From Eledone cirrhosa (lineage: Eukaryota): DNA of 64,000 nucleotides. Below the pieces are notes generated by a model. That model was not told the origin of the DNA, did not search any database, and saw only the letters and a list, made by a program, of their open reading frames with translations. The DNA lies in NCBI GenBank assembly GCA_964016885.1, contig OZ024740.1, positions 350,734,001-350,798,000 of the forward strand, in the 5' to 3' direction. This document shows, piece by piece, positions 39,701 through 56,887 of this stretch. The translations under genes were made by a program, and so were the position numbers. Each line of letters begins with the position of its first letter. The first letter of the stretch is position 1.

Positions 39701-40970
39701 TGGTTGGGGTAGAGGGGTTGTCTGCTGATGTTAAGTGGTCTCCTGTGTTTGTTATATTCCGTGTTGCTGTAAAATGTAGTTAGGGTTGGTGGTTGTAGAT
39801 TGAATGGGGTTTTCCTGTACTGCGAGTATGGGTGTGTGTTTCTATGTGCCATGTTGTATTGTGGTGTTATAGGTGGCCTACGTTGTTGGTTGTATCGTGT
39901 GGTGTGGGTTTGTTGTGTATTGTGGAAGCGAGAGTTGAGAAAATGGAAATTACCTTGCTGTCCCCTTGAAGCGGGGAAGTTGTTACATCTATCATGGTGG
40001 TGGAATCTTTTCCCTATGTTTGACGATGAGGCATCCGCGTAGTAGTTGAGTGATTTGGTATGGTGTCTCCTTGAAGGGGGAAAGTTGTAAATGTCATTCT
40101 GGGGGAGATGATTTCTTGGGTTTTTGTTCCTTCTTATGGTAGCGAGGTTGGGAAGTTCATCTTCGGTGTGGTGCTTCCTTTTTCGTTTGTTAGTGGCTTG
40201 GGGGTTTGAGAAGTTGTTGTGCGGTTCAGTTATGGGTTTTCCTATTTTTATGAACGGGTTATTGGAGGTGTAATCCTTTTGAAAAGTCGATTCATAGTGT
40301 AGGAACCAAGCGGCACTTTTTTCCCAGCGTTGAAGGGATTTCAGTTCTTCTCTGTTGCAGTCCCCTTTCCATAATTTGGAGATCTTCTCTACCTTGGGGC
40401 CTTCAGTTTTATTGTTGATTTCCAGGAGGATCTCTTCATCGATGGTTTTGATTTTTTCCTCATTTGTCTGGGCCCTCAGTTTAAGAAGTTCAATTTCTGT
40501 CTTCATTTTTTCCAATGCCATTCTTTCCTTAAGGTGTCTTTGAGGTTCGGGTTCATTTGGAATGGACTTTATTTGTATTTTACGGGGGAGAGTTAGAGGG
40601 GTTGAGTTAAGCCATTTTTCATATATCTCCGCTTTGTTGTGATTTTGTATCATCTTCCAGAATGAGAACTTTCTGTCTCTGAGGGATTTGTTCCATTTTG
40701 GAATTGTTCGAATTTTCATTTTGTATGAATCAATCTCACATGGTTCTTCATTGGTTTTCCTGGGTTGGTAGTAGTGAACATAGTTTGGATAGTATCGCAA
40801 AGGTTTTGGAGTTTGTCACCGATTTCGGAGGGTTTGTATCCGGTGGCGGTTTCCTTATTTGTGGAGTCAAGTTTGTCGACCAGCAAAGATAGGTTGGTGT
40901 TAATTTTCTTGAGTTCCTGTAGAATCTCTTCAGTTGTGTTGATGAGGGTTGTATCCGTTTTTGTTGGCAT
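39661..40970 (-). pseudogene. PLE upstream ORF1 (coiled-coil-like N-half, basic low-complexity C-half), one apparent frameshift near 40720
   Basis: MPTKTD..EEILQELKKINTNLSLLVDKLD joined to the 379-aa frame KERMALEKMKTEIELLKLRAQTNEEKIKTIDEEILLEINNK; lies between the 5' pLTR and RT. Confidence 0.7.
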
Positions 40971-41416
40971 TTTCTGTATCTCGTGTGAGGATATGATAGT
41001 TAAAAGAATAGAGGTGTAACACACAAGTTATTATATATTGGTAAACGGAATAGAAAATGCTGACAAATTGTTCACAGTGAAAAATAGTTTAATTAGGAAT
41101 AAATGAGAATTAGTAATTGTATTGGTTAGTATTCAGTTTTGGTTTTAAGTTTTACCGGTTGCGCATTTCTAAATGCTTTTCAAAAATAATTTTGAGATAG
41201 AGCGTCCGTGATGTTTGCTCTGATCTGATTAGTTTTGGGAATTCTACCTGTTTTTATGTAAAAAAAATGGCTCCAACGCTATTAAAATTATTTTTTGCGC
41301 CAATTCGTGTTGCAAAAATTCTTGTGGTCAAAACAATTTTGATTGGTCGGTAGAGGTCATGTGAATGTAAAAAATTGATTTTGCGCCAAGACTCAGAAAT
41401 GACTCTTTCACAACAA

Positions 41417-41492
<76 letters not shown>

Positions 41493-41749
41493 TAGTAGTA
41501 GTAAAGTGTTCGTTGTTGTGATAATGGTTAGCAGGGATGTGTGTGCGAACCGCAGCCTGTTGACAGTTCAAATGCCTATTAAGACAAGTGTGTGTGTGTG
41601 TGTATAGCAGAGTAATTCGTGGTAGAGGGATGGTCAGTAGGAATGTGTCTGTAGGGAGTGGGGGATATTTTAACATGTCAAAAGATATTTTTCAGCTCTT
41701 GTCTTATACGGAGAATTTACTGACCATCCCTCTACCACGAATTACTCTG

Positions 41750-41918
<169 letters not shown>

Positions 41919-42007
41919 TCTTAATAGGCATTTGATCTGTCAACAGGCTGCGGTTCGCACACACATCCCTGCTAACCATTATCACAACAACGAACACTTT
42001 ACTACTA

Positions 42008-42045
<38 letters not shown>

Positions 42046-42426
42046 TTGTTGTGAAAGAGTCATTTCTGAGTCTTGGCGCAAAATCAATTTTTTACATTCA
42101 CATGACCTCTACCGACCAATCAAAATTGTTTTGACCACAAGAATTTTTGCAACACGAATTGGCGCAAAAAATAATTTTAATAGCGCTGGAGCCATTTTTT
42201 TAACATAAAAACAGGTAGAATTCCCAAAACTAATCAGATCAGAGCAAACATCACGGACGCTCTATCTCAAAATTATTTTTGAAAAGCATTTAGAAATGCG
42301 CAACCGGTAAAACTTAAAACCAAAACCAAAACTGAATACTAACCAATACAATTACTAATTCTCATTTATTCCTAATTAAACTATTTTTCACTGTGAACAA
42401 TTTGTCAGCATTTTCTATTCCATTTA

Positions 42427-42490
<64 letters not shown>

Positions 42491-42491
<1 letters not shown>

Positions 42492-45330
42492 CTCCACACC
42501 CTGTTGAGCGCTTCATACAGTAGCTGACCGCAGCCAATATGATAAACTCACCACTCTGGCATCGCTGAAGGACATCCCATTACCGGGTAAACGAGAGTAT
42601 ACCAGGAATGTCACTAAGAGTATTGTCTCCCTAACACGCAGGATGCGGTGGAGGGCTTACCACTTTGATAGAAGAAACCCCAATACTAATAATAAAAAAC
42701 CATGGAGTGCCTCTTCAGATCAAGAAGGACCCCCCCCCCCCCCCACACACACACACACAACAGACTATTGGAGGAGTTCGAGAACGAAATGATTGGCATC
42801 ATTTCCAACATCAAATTTTCCGACCAACCATACCGGGGTCGAGAGTATCTTCGACGACTGGAAAATGGAATTACCGAGCTTAAGGAATCTACAGGAATAT
42901 TCGTCCATGCCGACAAAACCAACAACCTTTACAGTATAGACGTTCAACTTTACCATGAGCTAATCCTCAGGGAATTGAGAAAAAGCTACAAAAAAAAAAC
43001 GCCCGAGGCTACCCTGGAGGATATCAACATCAAGGCTTATGAGATCGTATCTGGTCTTGACATAGATGATAGGACGGCCCCATACAAACCAAGGGAGCTG
43101 ATGATTACCATTAAGGACCACAAACCAAACTTTGAGTCTAACCTGCCGGTCAGACTGATAGCCCCCTCCCGGTCAGACATGGGGGTAATTAGCAAGAGCA
43201 TTTTAGATAAGATCCTGCCAACACTTAGGAGTAAAATAAGGTTACAACTCTGGTCCTGCACCAGCCAGGTGCTGGACTGGTTTACATTTTTACCTGACAA
43301 ACATAGGACTAGCTTCATACAACTAGGCATCAACAATTACTACTATCTCGCCCATAGTCCTGAAGAAGGCACTCATATTCGCGATGAATAGGACAGACCT
43401 AACGAGCGACGAGGTCCGAATTCTACACGCCGTCAGAAAGACCCTGATCCGATATGCTGGGGACATATGGACCCGGAGTGACTGGCCAAATAATTTTGAC
43501 ATTACAATGGGCTCCAGTGACTCCGCCCACCTAACGGACCTGGTTGGGATATACATACTCTATGAGATCAGGAGCGAAATACCCAACCTGGGTGGCGGAC
43601 TATACAGAGACGATGCGCTCTTCACCGTCGTGAACCACAGCACCACAATGGTCAAAATTATGAAGAGGAGAATTAGACACAATTTAGCAAGGTGGGATTT
43701 AAAGTTGAGATGGAACCCAATAGAAAAGTAATGAATTTCCTGGACACCACCCTCAACCTCAACACCAAGCTACACCACCCATATCATAAACCCAATGAGA
43801 AGCTGGTGTATATCAACGCTGGGTCAAATCACCCTAGATCTATAGTTAAGACCGTAGTTAAGTGTGTCTCTGAAAGGACCTCTAACTAGTTTGCCAATAA
43901 AGAGATCTTCAATAGTAATGCTGATTATTATAACTCAGCGCTAGCTAAGGCGTCCCACAGCCATATGATCAGCTATAACCCTAGGGGGCATCGCGCGATG
44001 ACCCAAGGGTGACCCGGGCCAATACCCTCAAGAGCATGAGTCACCCACCTAATACAATGGTGACCAGTAGTAATACTCCCAGACCCCTAACCGCCACCAC
44101 CCCCGGTAGAAGGTCCCGCATACCCCACCGGTCTAATACCTACAACACGGAAGACCACTGTAGTGCAGAGCATAGGCACCCCTGCACCGGCCCCACCACC
44201 CGCCGAACCGTCATTGAGTAGGGAGGCCGCACCGTGCAAGTTTATAGCCCCACGGTGGGCCCATATAACCCTCATGATAGAGACCGCTCTGCACACCTGA
44301 GTAACACCAACCGAGCTCGACCTGAGCTGTGCACAACCCCGCGATGGACCACGGCGGACACCCAACAACCCCGCAACAAGCCCAGCCTGGCTAGAACATT
44401 CTTTAGAGTACTGGATAAATGTTTCCCTAGGGCCCACATGTACCATAAAATATTCAACAGGCACGCGGTGAAACTTTCCTACTCAACCACACGCTCCGTA
44501 GCCCAGCACATAGCCAGCATAAATAGGAATAGACTCACTGCTTCTAATACCACCGTAAACCCCGGCGCCACCCAACGGAACCAGCACGCGGGACGCACCA
44601 GGCCCTGGACAGGCCCAACTAGCACAGCGGAACCCAACGACCCTGTGCTGAATGTGGCGGCTACCCAGCCAACCCCGCATGATGGTAACCCCGCGGTACA
44701 TGTGCAGGGCTTAAAAAGTCATGCATTTGCAGAGACCCATCACTATGCCTCCTTAGTAATGAATGCATGACGAAAAACGTAGTCTATAGATGCAAGGTGA
44801 CAACCCCTAACTCGGAGCACCACTACATAGGATCCACGTAAACGAGCTTCAAAGATAGGTGGTATAACAGAATAGAAAAGAGGAAATGTACGGCCCTTTC
44901 TGAATTGATCTGGAAGCTCAAACTTGAAAAGACCCCACACTCTTCGGTCTAGTCCGTGGTTAGAAAGGTTCCCCCAGAGAGATGGGTCTGGTATTTGCAG
45001 CCTCTGTCTTAGTGAGACACTCGAGATACTTCATGTCGGAACCAAGCTATTAAGCAGAAGGGCCGACTTATTCGGCGCCTGCAGACATCTAAGGACGGGA
45101 ACTTTCCTCAAGCTATATGGATAAACTCCGCTTATGGCCTCCCCCCCCCCCCCACACCCTGTAGGTCCCCTACATCCCGTACCAATGACCAATGGGAAAC
45201 AACACCCACCCATAGTTTGTGGTCCCCAGAGTGGATTGTCCACCGGATCCCCTACTGGTTAGGAGTCAGCAAAACCAGATTTTTTAACCTGATGACCCCC
45301 CCCCCCCCGGGGGTGGCCCACACAGGAAGA
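42491..45330 (+). mobile_element. Degenerate Naiad-type Penelope-like element
   Basis: SLKDIPLP..RRMRWRAYHF, ADKTNNLY, ITIKDHKPNFE..RLIAPSRSDMGVISK, FDITMGSSDSA, GGLYRDDAL, NFLDTTLNL, PYHKPN, KIFNRHAVKLSYS, CICRDPSLC..VVY..YIGST, CSLCLSE..LLSRRADLFGACRH. Many frameshifts. Confidence 0.9.
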
Positions 45331-45847
45331 GCGATTATCCTAAGGTGCTAACCCTATACGCATGAATGCGTGCCCGCAAACGTACATTGTGTGTGTATAT
45401 TGGGATTAGGTGAATGTACGCACTTATGTGAATGCAACGAAATACTAATACCCCAGGTTGCATTTGAAAAATGTTCAAGTGTATGCTTAAGAGTATATTT
45501 GTGTATGCTCTCTTGTATGAATGCACTTGTGTATATAGACATACACACGCATCCAGAGGTATACAAGTGTGGGTGAGTGCGTGTACCTGTATATGTCTGT
45601 ACTAAGGGAATCGCCTAAGCTCCAAAGCCCCTAAGCTATTGCTGTGAAGATATATATCCTTCCCTACTTTTGTCTAGTCTAAACAATAACTTTTCCAAAC
45701 ACCCACTTTACTTTACTTTAAAAATAACACCCACCTCGTTTTATGTCTGCCATATACTTGGATTTAGGGCCTCTTTTGTATATATATACGCACTTGTGTG
45801 TACATACATATATATATATACACATATGTATGGATGTGTATGTGTAG

Positions 45848-46133
45848 ATGTGTGTGTGTCTGTGGGGGTGGATGTGAGTGTATGTACAAGTCAACCAACA
45901 TAAGTCTTTTTATATGTAAACTTTCTAAGTATTTGACTCTAACCATAATTTTCAGTATTACCACCCCACATAAATTCCTCAATTTGTATCTGTGGATGTG
46001 TGTGTGTCTGTGGGGGTGGGTGTGAGTGTATGTGCAAGTCAACCAACATAAGTCTTTTTATATGTAAACTTTCTAAGTATTTGACTCTAACCATAATTTT
46101 CAGTTCTACCACCCCACATAAATTCCTCAATTT
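45848..46133. repeat. Tandem duplication, ~148-bp period, 2 copies
   Basis: gtgtctgtgggggtgg...caagtcaaccaacataag...cataaattcctcaattt occurs twice. Confidence 0.9.
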
Positions 46134-46439
46134 AAGAATGACCTGTAGTATCGAATTTCATACTATAAACCTCAATTGCATATATATCTGATCAGGAATG
46201 CTTTTTGTGAAAATCAGTCATATGGAACTATTGTCATCTTGCCTGACGGTTTGAACTTTACAACACCACCGACCTCTTTGATGTCAAATACCAATCCAAT
46301 AGCATCTACAGACTGACCAATGAGAATTAAGATTATTCCTGCTGACAACATTGAATTATCCCCAACAAGATCATATGTCACAATGGGCTGAAACCATCAA
46401 CACCAAAAATACAGAGCTGGCATATCTAAGAACTGACTA

Positions 46440-46495
46440 ACTGCCTGGTGAGGTCATAGCCATACAATGGCTATCATCGAAATATATATAGCAGT
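46440..46495 (+). ncRNA. Type I hammerhead ribozyme (core A6->G, probably inactive)
   Basis: ACTGC-CTGGTGA-GGTCATAGCCAT-ACA-ATGGCTATCATC-GAAA-TATATA-TA/GCAGT. Confidence 0.75.
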
Positions 46496-46536
46496 AAATA
46501 AATGATTATGAGTTCATGCAATTGACTTATGTTTCG

Positions 46537-46620
<84 letters not shown>

Positions 46621-46749
46621 TTGGTGCTCTGAAACAGCGATATATGTATATATAGTGTATTTTGCAATACACTGTTTGATTAATTAAAAGCATTTCGAAG
46701 ACCTTACGCTATTGTTTTAGAGTAGTGACTGTCTCACTTACTTTATAGT

Positions 46750-46840
46750 TTTCAGCAAACAGAGGAGATAAAGCTGAAAGAGCTCTGTTTCGTACTGATT
46801 GGTACTTATCAAAGCCAAGTACTCCACCTGTTTGCTGAAA
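46750..46840 (-). ncRNA. Type I hammerhead ribozyme, U3-A8 variant (copy 1)
   Basis: GGCT-TTGATAA-GTAC-CAATCA-GTAC-GAAA-CAGAGCTCTT-TC/AGCT with extended stem I. Confidence 0.7.
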
Positions 46841-46906
46841 ATCACGAATGTTTGATTCTTATAGAATTCTAGTAATAATCAGGAACTGATTATACATTCA
46901 TGATTT

Positions 46907-46993
46907 TCAGCAAATAGGTGGAGTACTTGGCTTTGATAAGTACCAATCAGTACGAAACAGAGCTCTGTCAGCTTTATCTCCCCTGTTTGCTGA
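46907..46993 (+). ncRNA. Type I hammerhead ribozyme, U3-A8 variant (copy 2, inverted relative to copy 1)
   Basis: GGCT-TTGATAA-GTAC-CAATCA-GTAC-GAAA-CAGAGCTCTG-TC/AGCT; GUC site; extended stem I CAGCAAATAGG.GGAG/CTCC.CCTGTTTGCTG. Confidence 0.8.
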
Positions 46994-46994
46994 G

Positions 46995-48485
46995 ATACTT
47001 GAATGCCTCTCTATCCAAAACATGTAATCTCTGTTTATGTGAGAAATTTACCATTATATCTAATTTAGATTCTATAATAAATAGACTCACTGACTTGTTT
47101 TCTCTCTGCTTGCATAAATTCCACAGAACATTCCATAAAGTATACAGCTAATATCTAATACTTTACCAATTTAAAATCCTTTTTCTCAAAGGCACATATA
47201 TATATATATTTCTTTAAAAATATACCCATCTTTCTACCTTATTTCAAGGTGATTTATTATACATTATATAATACTAGTTACTCATTCTATATCATTCCTA
47301 TTTATCACTTCCCTTTCTTCCTTTTTTCCTTTTTTCTTTTAATTTCTAACCTCTAATCTGTACCTTTTCTTCCTAGATACTTCTCAATTCTCATTATTAC
47401 TCACCACAATATATCCACTCTTCCTTCTTCCATCCTATCACTGGCCATAAAACTTACTATTACCCTTTTAAATACTTTATAGTATCACCTTGAAAAATCC
47501 TTCGCAAACAAACATTTTTTTACGGTAGATTATTCATCCTCAATTCATTATTTTTTTCTCCCTTTCATGCTCGTCTAACTTCTACATATTACACATCACA
47601 ACACATAAAAACGAACTTAAACCCTAACTAATCTCCTTTATTACATTATATTATTACCATTAGGAAATACTTCATAAACATACATATTTTGATGTTAAGG
47701 TCTTCTCCTTTAACACTATCTCCTTCTTTGCTTTCTGCGCTCATTTGTAAACAAACTATTTACACATACATATTATATTATATAAAAACAATCTTAAACA
47801 CTAGCTTATTCCTCTAAATTCATAATTCATCCACTCTTCTACTTCTTTTCACATTATATCCTTAATTACATTACTATTTTTATTTTTAATAATACATATC
47901 AACAATTTCTTTCCATCGCACATATTATTAAACCCTTCAATATTCAAACCTTAACTTAATATTATTCTTAATACATATTAACAATTTCTTTTCATCGCAC
48001 ATATTATTAAACCCTTCAATATACAAACCCTAATTTAACATTATTCTTAAATTTTTCTCTTCGTTAATTTTCAAATTCTTTTAATTTATATATTAGCTTC
48101 CAACGATTTTTTAACCTCTCTCTGTAAAACAATATATTTTTCTCAGTTATAAAAGCTATCTCTCTCTATCACCCAATCTCTCCTACTATCTCATCCTTCC
48201 TTATTATACACCACCCCTCCATTCTTTACTCTCATCTCCTCCTCTTTTTCATCCTTTCCACCCACCCACCCTCATTTTTTTTTTTTTTCAAAATATCACA
48301 CATCAATCTAAAACTACTTTTCATATGTTGATTTAAAATTGCACTAATAACAAGTGTTTTTTAACCTTCATATCATGTCTCCCTATTTTATCTGACGAAA
48401 ACGCAAATGTCATCGCATGATGATATTTGTTTTTGAAATGCGCATAATAAAATACATGGAACTCTTTTAACCATCTTTTGATCTT
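46995..48485 (+). mobile_element. 5'-truncated Naiad-type PLE (second copy of the 6152-7368 family)
   Basis: SKTCNLCLCEKFTIISNLDSIINRLTDLFSLCLHKFHRTFHKVYS* followed by a long pyrimidine-rich 3'UTR and a terminal HHR. Confidence 0.82.
48384..48454 (+). ncRNA. Type I hammerhead ribozyme
   Basis: TATTTTAT-CTGACGA-[stem II]-GAAA-TGCGCA-TA/ATAAAATA; perfect 8-bp stem I. Confidence 0.87.
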
Positions 48486-48543
48486 ATATATTATTATATA
48501 TATATATATATATTTATTTATTTATTTATTTATATATATCTAT

Positions 48544-49705
<1,162 letters not shown>

Positions 49706-49714
49706 TTTTATATA

Positions 49715-49805
<91 letters not shown>

Positions 49806-49811
49806 ATTTAT

Positions 49812-50700
<889 letters not shown>

Positions 50701-50731
50701 CGGTTGCCAGTCAAGCAGAAATTTAAAATTA

Positions 50732-50799
<68 letters not shown>

Positions 50800-50896
50800 G
50801 TATGTATATATATGTATGTATGTATGTATATATATGTATGTATGTATGTATATATATGTATGTATGTGTATGTATGTATGTATGTATGTATGTATG

Positions 50897-50955
<59 letters not shown>

Positions 50956-50956
50956 G

Positions 50957-51575
50957 CCACGATAAATTAACGGACCCATTCCCTGTAAATAATGTGCTCA
51001 AAGGTGAAGAAATCCTGAGCTCTTTAAAATACAATATGTTGAAAAGGTAAGACACCAGAGAGAGATATACAGTGCGCTATCAATAAAACAGGGAAAAAAC
51101 CACCAGTGTATGGAATCTGTAACCTATGAAAGGTAGACTATAGACACGATAATTAAAAATATGAAGTAAAGCGTAAATAAATACCTCTATAACTATATAA
51201 CACACGTACAAATCTAAAGAGATGTTTCGCCAGTAATTTGTTGACAGAAATGGAATAACCTCGGTTCATCAGCGTGTGTAAGGCTATACATTTCTACATT
51301 TCAGACAACACTAAGAGAATTTTAAAAGTGACTGTCCAGCTACACGTGGGAGAGAGAAGTCACAGCGTGTTTAAGGGCAGTGAACCAGTGGCCTCTGAGT
51401 GACGAACTGCTAGAAAGGGCAGTCCAAAACCACTCAGAGAAGTGTGCTCAACCAAACAGAGAGATAGGAAAGACTGTTATAAGGAGCGAAATATCACGAT
51501 AAATTAACGAAGCCATAGGCTATTGATAGCGCACTGTATATCTCTCTCTGGTGTGTTACCTTTTCAACATATTGT
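50957..51575 (-). mobile_element. Short non-coding PLE-derived element with ~54-bp inverted repeats
   Basis: 51031-51084 is the reverse complement of 51521-51575; internal HHR; (TA)n flanks. Confidence 0.65.
51200..51279 (-). ncRNA. Type I hammerhead ribozyme
   Basis: ACACACG-CTGATGA-ACCG..TGGC-GAAA-CATCT-CTTT-AGA-TT-TG-TA/CGTGTGT; 7-bp stem I, GUA site; the 10.1-11.1 pair is A.C. Confidence 0.8.
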
Positions 51576-51593
51576 GTATATATGTATATATAT

Positions 51594-51660
<67 letters not shown>

Positions 51661-51664
51661 TGTG

Positions 51665-51749
<85 letters not shown>

Positions 51750-51920
51750 GTTTCTACTATTGGCACAAGGACAGCAAATACCCAGTACATTACTGGTACT
51801 TTATTTTATCGACCCCGTAAGGAATTAAAGGCAAAGTTAACCTCGGCGGGATTTGAACTCAGAATGGCAAGGGCCGTAACTCTATGCGTCAAAGCATGGC
51901 GTCCGACCCTCTACCGATAT
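51750..51920 (-). mobile_element. tRNA-derived SINE with Nin/Deu-like central domain
   Basis: GAGTTCAAATCCCGCCGAGG (B box) followed by CTTTGCCTTT..GGGGTCGATAAAATAAAGTACCAG, a motif recalled from cephalopod SINEs. Confidence 0.7.
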
Positions 51921-52499
51921 ATATATATATATAATATGCATGTATATGTGTCTAAGTGCATGTGTGCGTTCGCGCATTTGTGTGTGCGTGTGTGTGTCTT
52001 TGTATGTATGCCTGGGATTTTAAATAAAAGACTGTGACAGAAAGAGAGATAGGAAAGAATTGGAGTGGACAAGAAAAGAGAAGGAACATAGATGTTTCGA
52101 GAAAATGTATAGTCACTTGTCCTTTATTAAATCGCTATTCTGTTGTTCTATCGATGCTGTGAGACCGACTCGCTAATTGGAAGTGATATGTTGTACTTGA
52201 ACACTGCGTGCCAAACTAGAAACAGTAAATCGTTCAATATGATTCTTAACCTCGGCAACTTATCCATCGTTCTAATTATCCACTTAAAATTATCTTGAAA
52301 TTTACACGTTGTTAAATAGTTGCTTGACGAAAAGCTAGGATTAATTATAGCGTCACTGTCGCTGTGATGTATCCATGACAACCACTCTTCATTCGTAACT
52401 GCCCAGAGTACTTAGCGGTAATTAGATACAATGCTGGGGGTACAGTTTATCACCGCAAGCAAGTATTTAATAACGCATTGCGAGGTTTCAAAACGAAAC

Positions 52500-53400
52500 G
52501 CAAGTAGATATGATAATGATCTATATGGTGAATGTAAGTAAAGAAGTGAACAAAAAAGGAAAAGAGAAGGAAAAGGAAAGAGAAAAAATCAAGCAACGAA
52601 AGAAAGGGACAGGTGGAGGGACAGAGCCTACATACACCCCAGTCTGAGCAGTGCCTGAGCAGTGCCTTGCGGACAAAATGGCAAAAGCGTGACCACGGAG
52701 AATGACAAGAGACACTCGCTGCAACAACCACCCCACTTTTCAGGACTCCCTCCTCAAGCGGGTTGCGATCTTTCCAACTTTACTGAGTAAATCAACAGTG
52801 CAGGGACAGAGAAAGCCAGCGGTCTCTACGGAGACTGGTGCAAAGTAGAAGCGGTCAGTCAGGCCCCGGTATTTAACTATATTCCCCTCCTGCGCATTGC
52901 GGGCGGCGGAGCCCAGGTTTGTGGCCGCAGCGATAAGGCTGAAGGCGGAGAGCGAGTAACTGCACGTTGTGTCCAAAATTAAGGATTAGCTTCCCTCGAA
53001 ATTGAAGAGGGTTAATCCGCCGGAGCGGTTGCCATCATCACAGCCGAGACTCCTGATGATGTCGTTCAGAGCAGCGTGACGGGAGGGGGGAGCCGGCCTG
53101 CCCTATGGAACCAAGAAAATGGTTGTAGACCGAATTCACCAATCACTGATTTACAACGGCATCTGTGTAGCTCACACATGTGGCGCTATCCATCTCAAAT
53201 GTGAATGCACACCTCATTAAGAAGGGTACCGGTTGATAAGCTAAAGCCTTTTGTTTAGTTACGAGGCGTAGCGTAGGAAGGTGAGACGGTGTTGATCCAA
53301 GGAAGACCCAGTCCGTCTGAAGGTGGACTTGCACTTGAGGTCTTCCCAGTAACGTTGGACATCAGTACAGCGGCGGACTGCGGTGGATAGGGTAGTGCTA
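52500..53400 (-). mobile_element. CRE-clade-like (restriction-like endonuclease) non-LTR 3' fragment
   Basis: CELHRCRC..GR..RHAALNDII, DDGNRSGGLTL..LILDTTC, VKYRGLTDRFYFAPVSVETAG, WLLQRVSLVILRGHAFAIL. Confidence 0.75.
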
Positions 53401-54384
53401 AGTCAAGAGTGAATCGTTGATGTAAGCAGCTCATAGAAATACGTATTTTGATTTTTGCATCATTGAAGGAATATTTGGAACTCGGCCTTCAGTTTTCATT
53501 GAAGTATTTAATTGCGTTCCTGCACCAATCATTATATACCACATCTGCGATGGAGGATTTGCATAACGTTGAGTGTTTTTGCTTATTGCATCATGATCTG
53601 CTAATCGAATTGACCAAATCTACTCATTATTTAAACCATCCAACAGAAATCATATATATATATATATACACACACACATGCATATTTGTATGTATGCCTG
53701 TTTGTATATATGTGTGCATGCGTCCATGTAAATTTATGTATGAATATATGTGAATGAACACACGTGTGTTCACTTATGCATGAGTCTACGTGCCTTTGCG
53801 TGCATGCGTGTACACCCGTTCTCACACTTACGCATGATTTGTATTATATTCCTGTCAAAGACTTCCTTTAATATTGATACAGTACCGTCTTTCTGATACT
53901 ACCTGTGTGTGCTTGCCTGTGATCATCATACGCGCATCTGTAACTATTGTTACGTGTATTAACGCCAAAACGTACGAATCATTCATGAATGAGAGAGACA
54001 AAATTTGTGTAAGGACACTCACTTTTATTGGATTAGTACATAAAAATCTGAGGTTTGGTTCAACTGGTACTTTCTGTGTGTACTTGGTGTAAAACTTAAT
54101 AATCGGGTTACAGAAATATAAAGATATTGATAATAAACGCTTTTATATATTCATTCGTTCATATTTTATGGTATAGGATTTTCTTGAGAGTATTATCTCT
54201 GATTTATATTTGCATGGACACATGAAAACACTTGATATTTTGTTGTTTATTTTGTATTTTTTTTTGTTTTCCAGCTAGCTAACTCATGGAAATATGATAA
54301 GAATATTTGTTTCCATGGAATATCGGCTAATGTTCACAAAAATAAACACCTATTCAAATAGAAATGCAAACGTTTCTTCAAGCT

Positions 54385-54555
54385 TAGGCATATAGCCATG
54401 CGTGGTTAAGGATCTCGTGTTGCAATCACGTGGTTTCAGGTACATATCCATTGCGATGTAACATGGACAGATGCCTTTCTACTATAGCCTTGGATTCAAC
54501 AGTGTCTTATGAGTGGATCTTGAGGGGCAGAAAGTGCATGGAAGCCTGTGATATA
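54385..54555 (+). mobile_element. Degenerate tRNA-derived SINE (CORE-like)
   Basis: gtggttaag A-box, degenerate B-box, then ctttctactatagcc..tgagtggat..gaagcctgt. Confidence 0.55.
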
Positions 54556-54573
54556 GTCGCATCTTTCTATCAC

Positions 54574-56797
<2,224 letters not shown>

Positions 56798-56821
56798 GTA
56801 TAAAAATCAATACAATATAAT

Positions 56822-56887
56822 TACCTCATTACCAGAGGTTTCCCGAATGAGGCGAATACGAAATAAACGACTTCATTCGTTCGTCAG
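56822..56887 (-). ncRNA. Hammerhead motif in the 3' pLTR
   Basis: CTGACGA-A-CGAATGA..TCATTCG-G-GAAA-CCTC-TGGTAAT-GAGG-TA; stem I weak. Confidence 0.7.

Noticed and set aside
44760-44960. Selenocysteine (UGA) recoding in the degenerate Naiad
   Set aside because: The conserved Cys positions are TGC/TGT, and the in-frame stops seen are TAA/TAG decay mutations.
45289-45340. Complete hammerhead at the 3' end of the degenerate Naiad
   Set aside because: CTGATGA and a C/G stem II are present but no GAAA or stem III follows; only a half-site.
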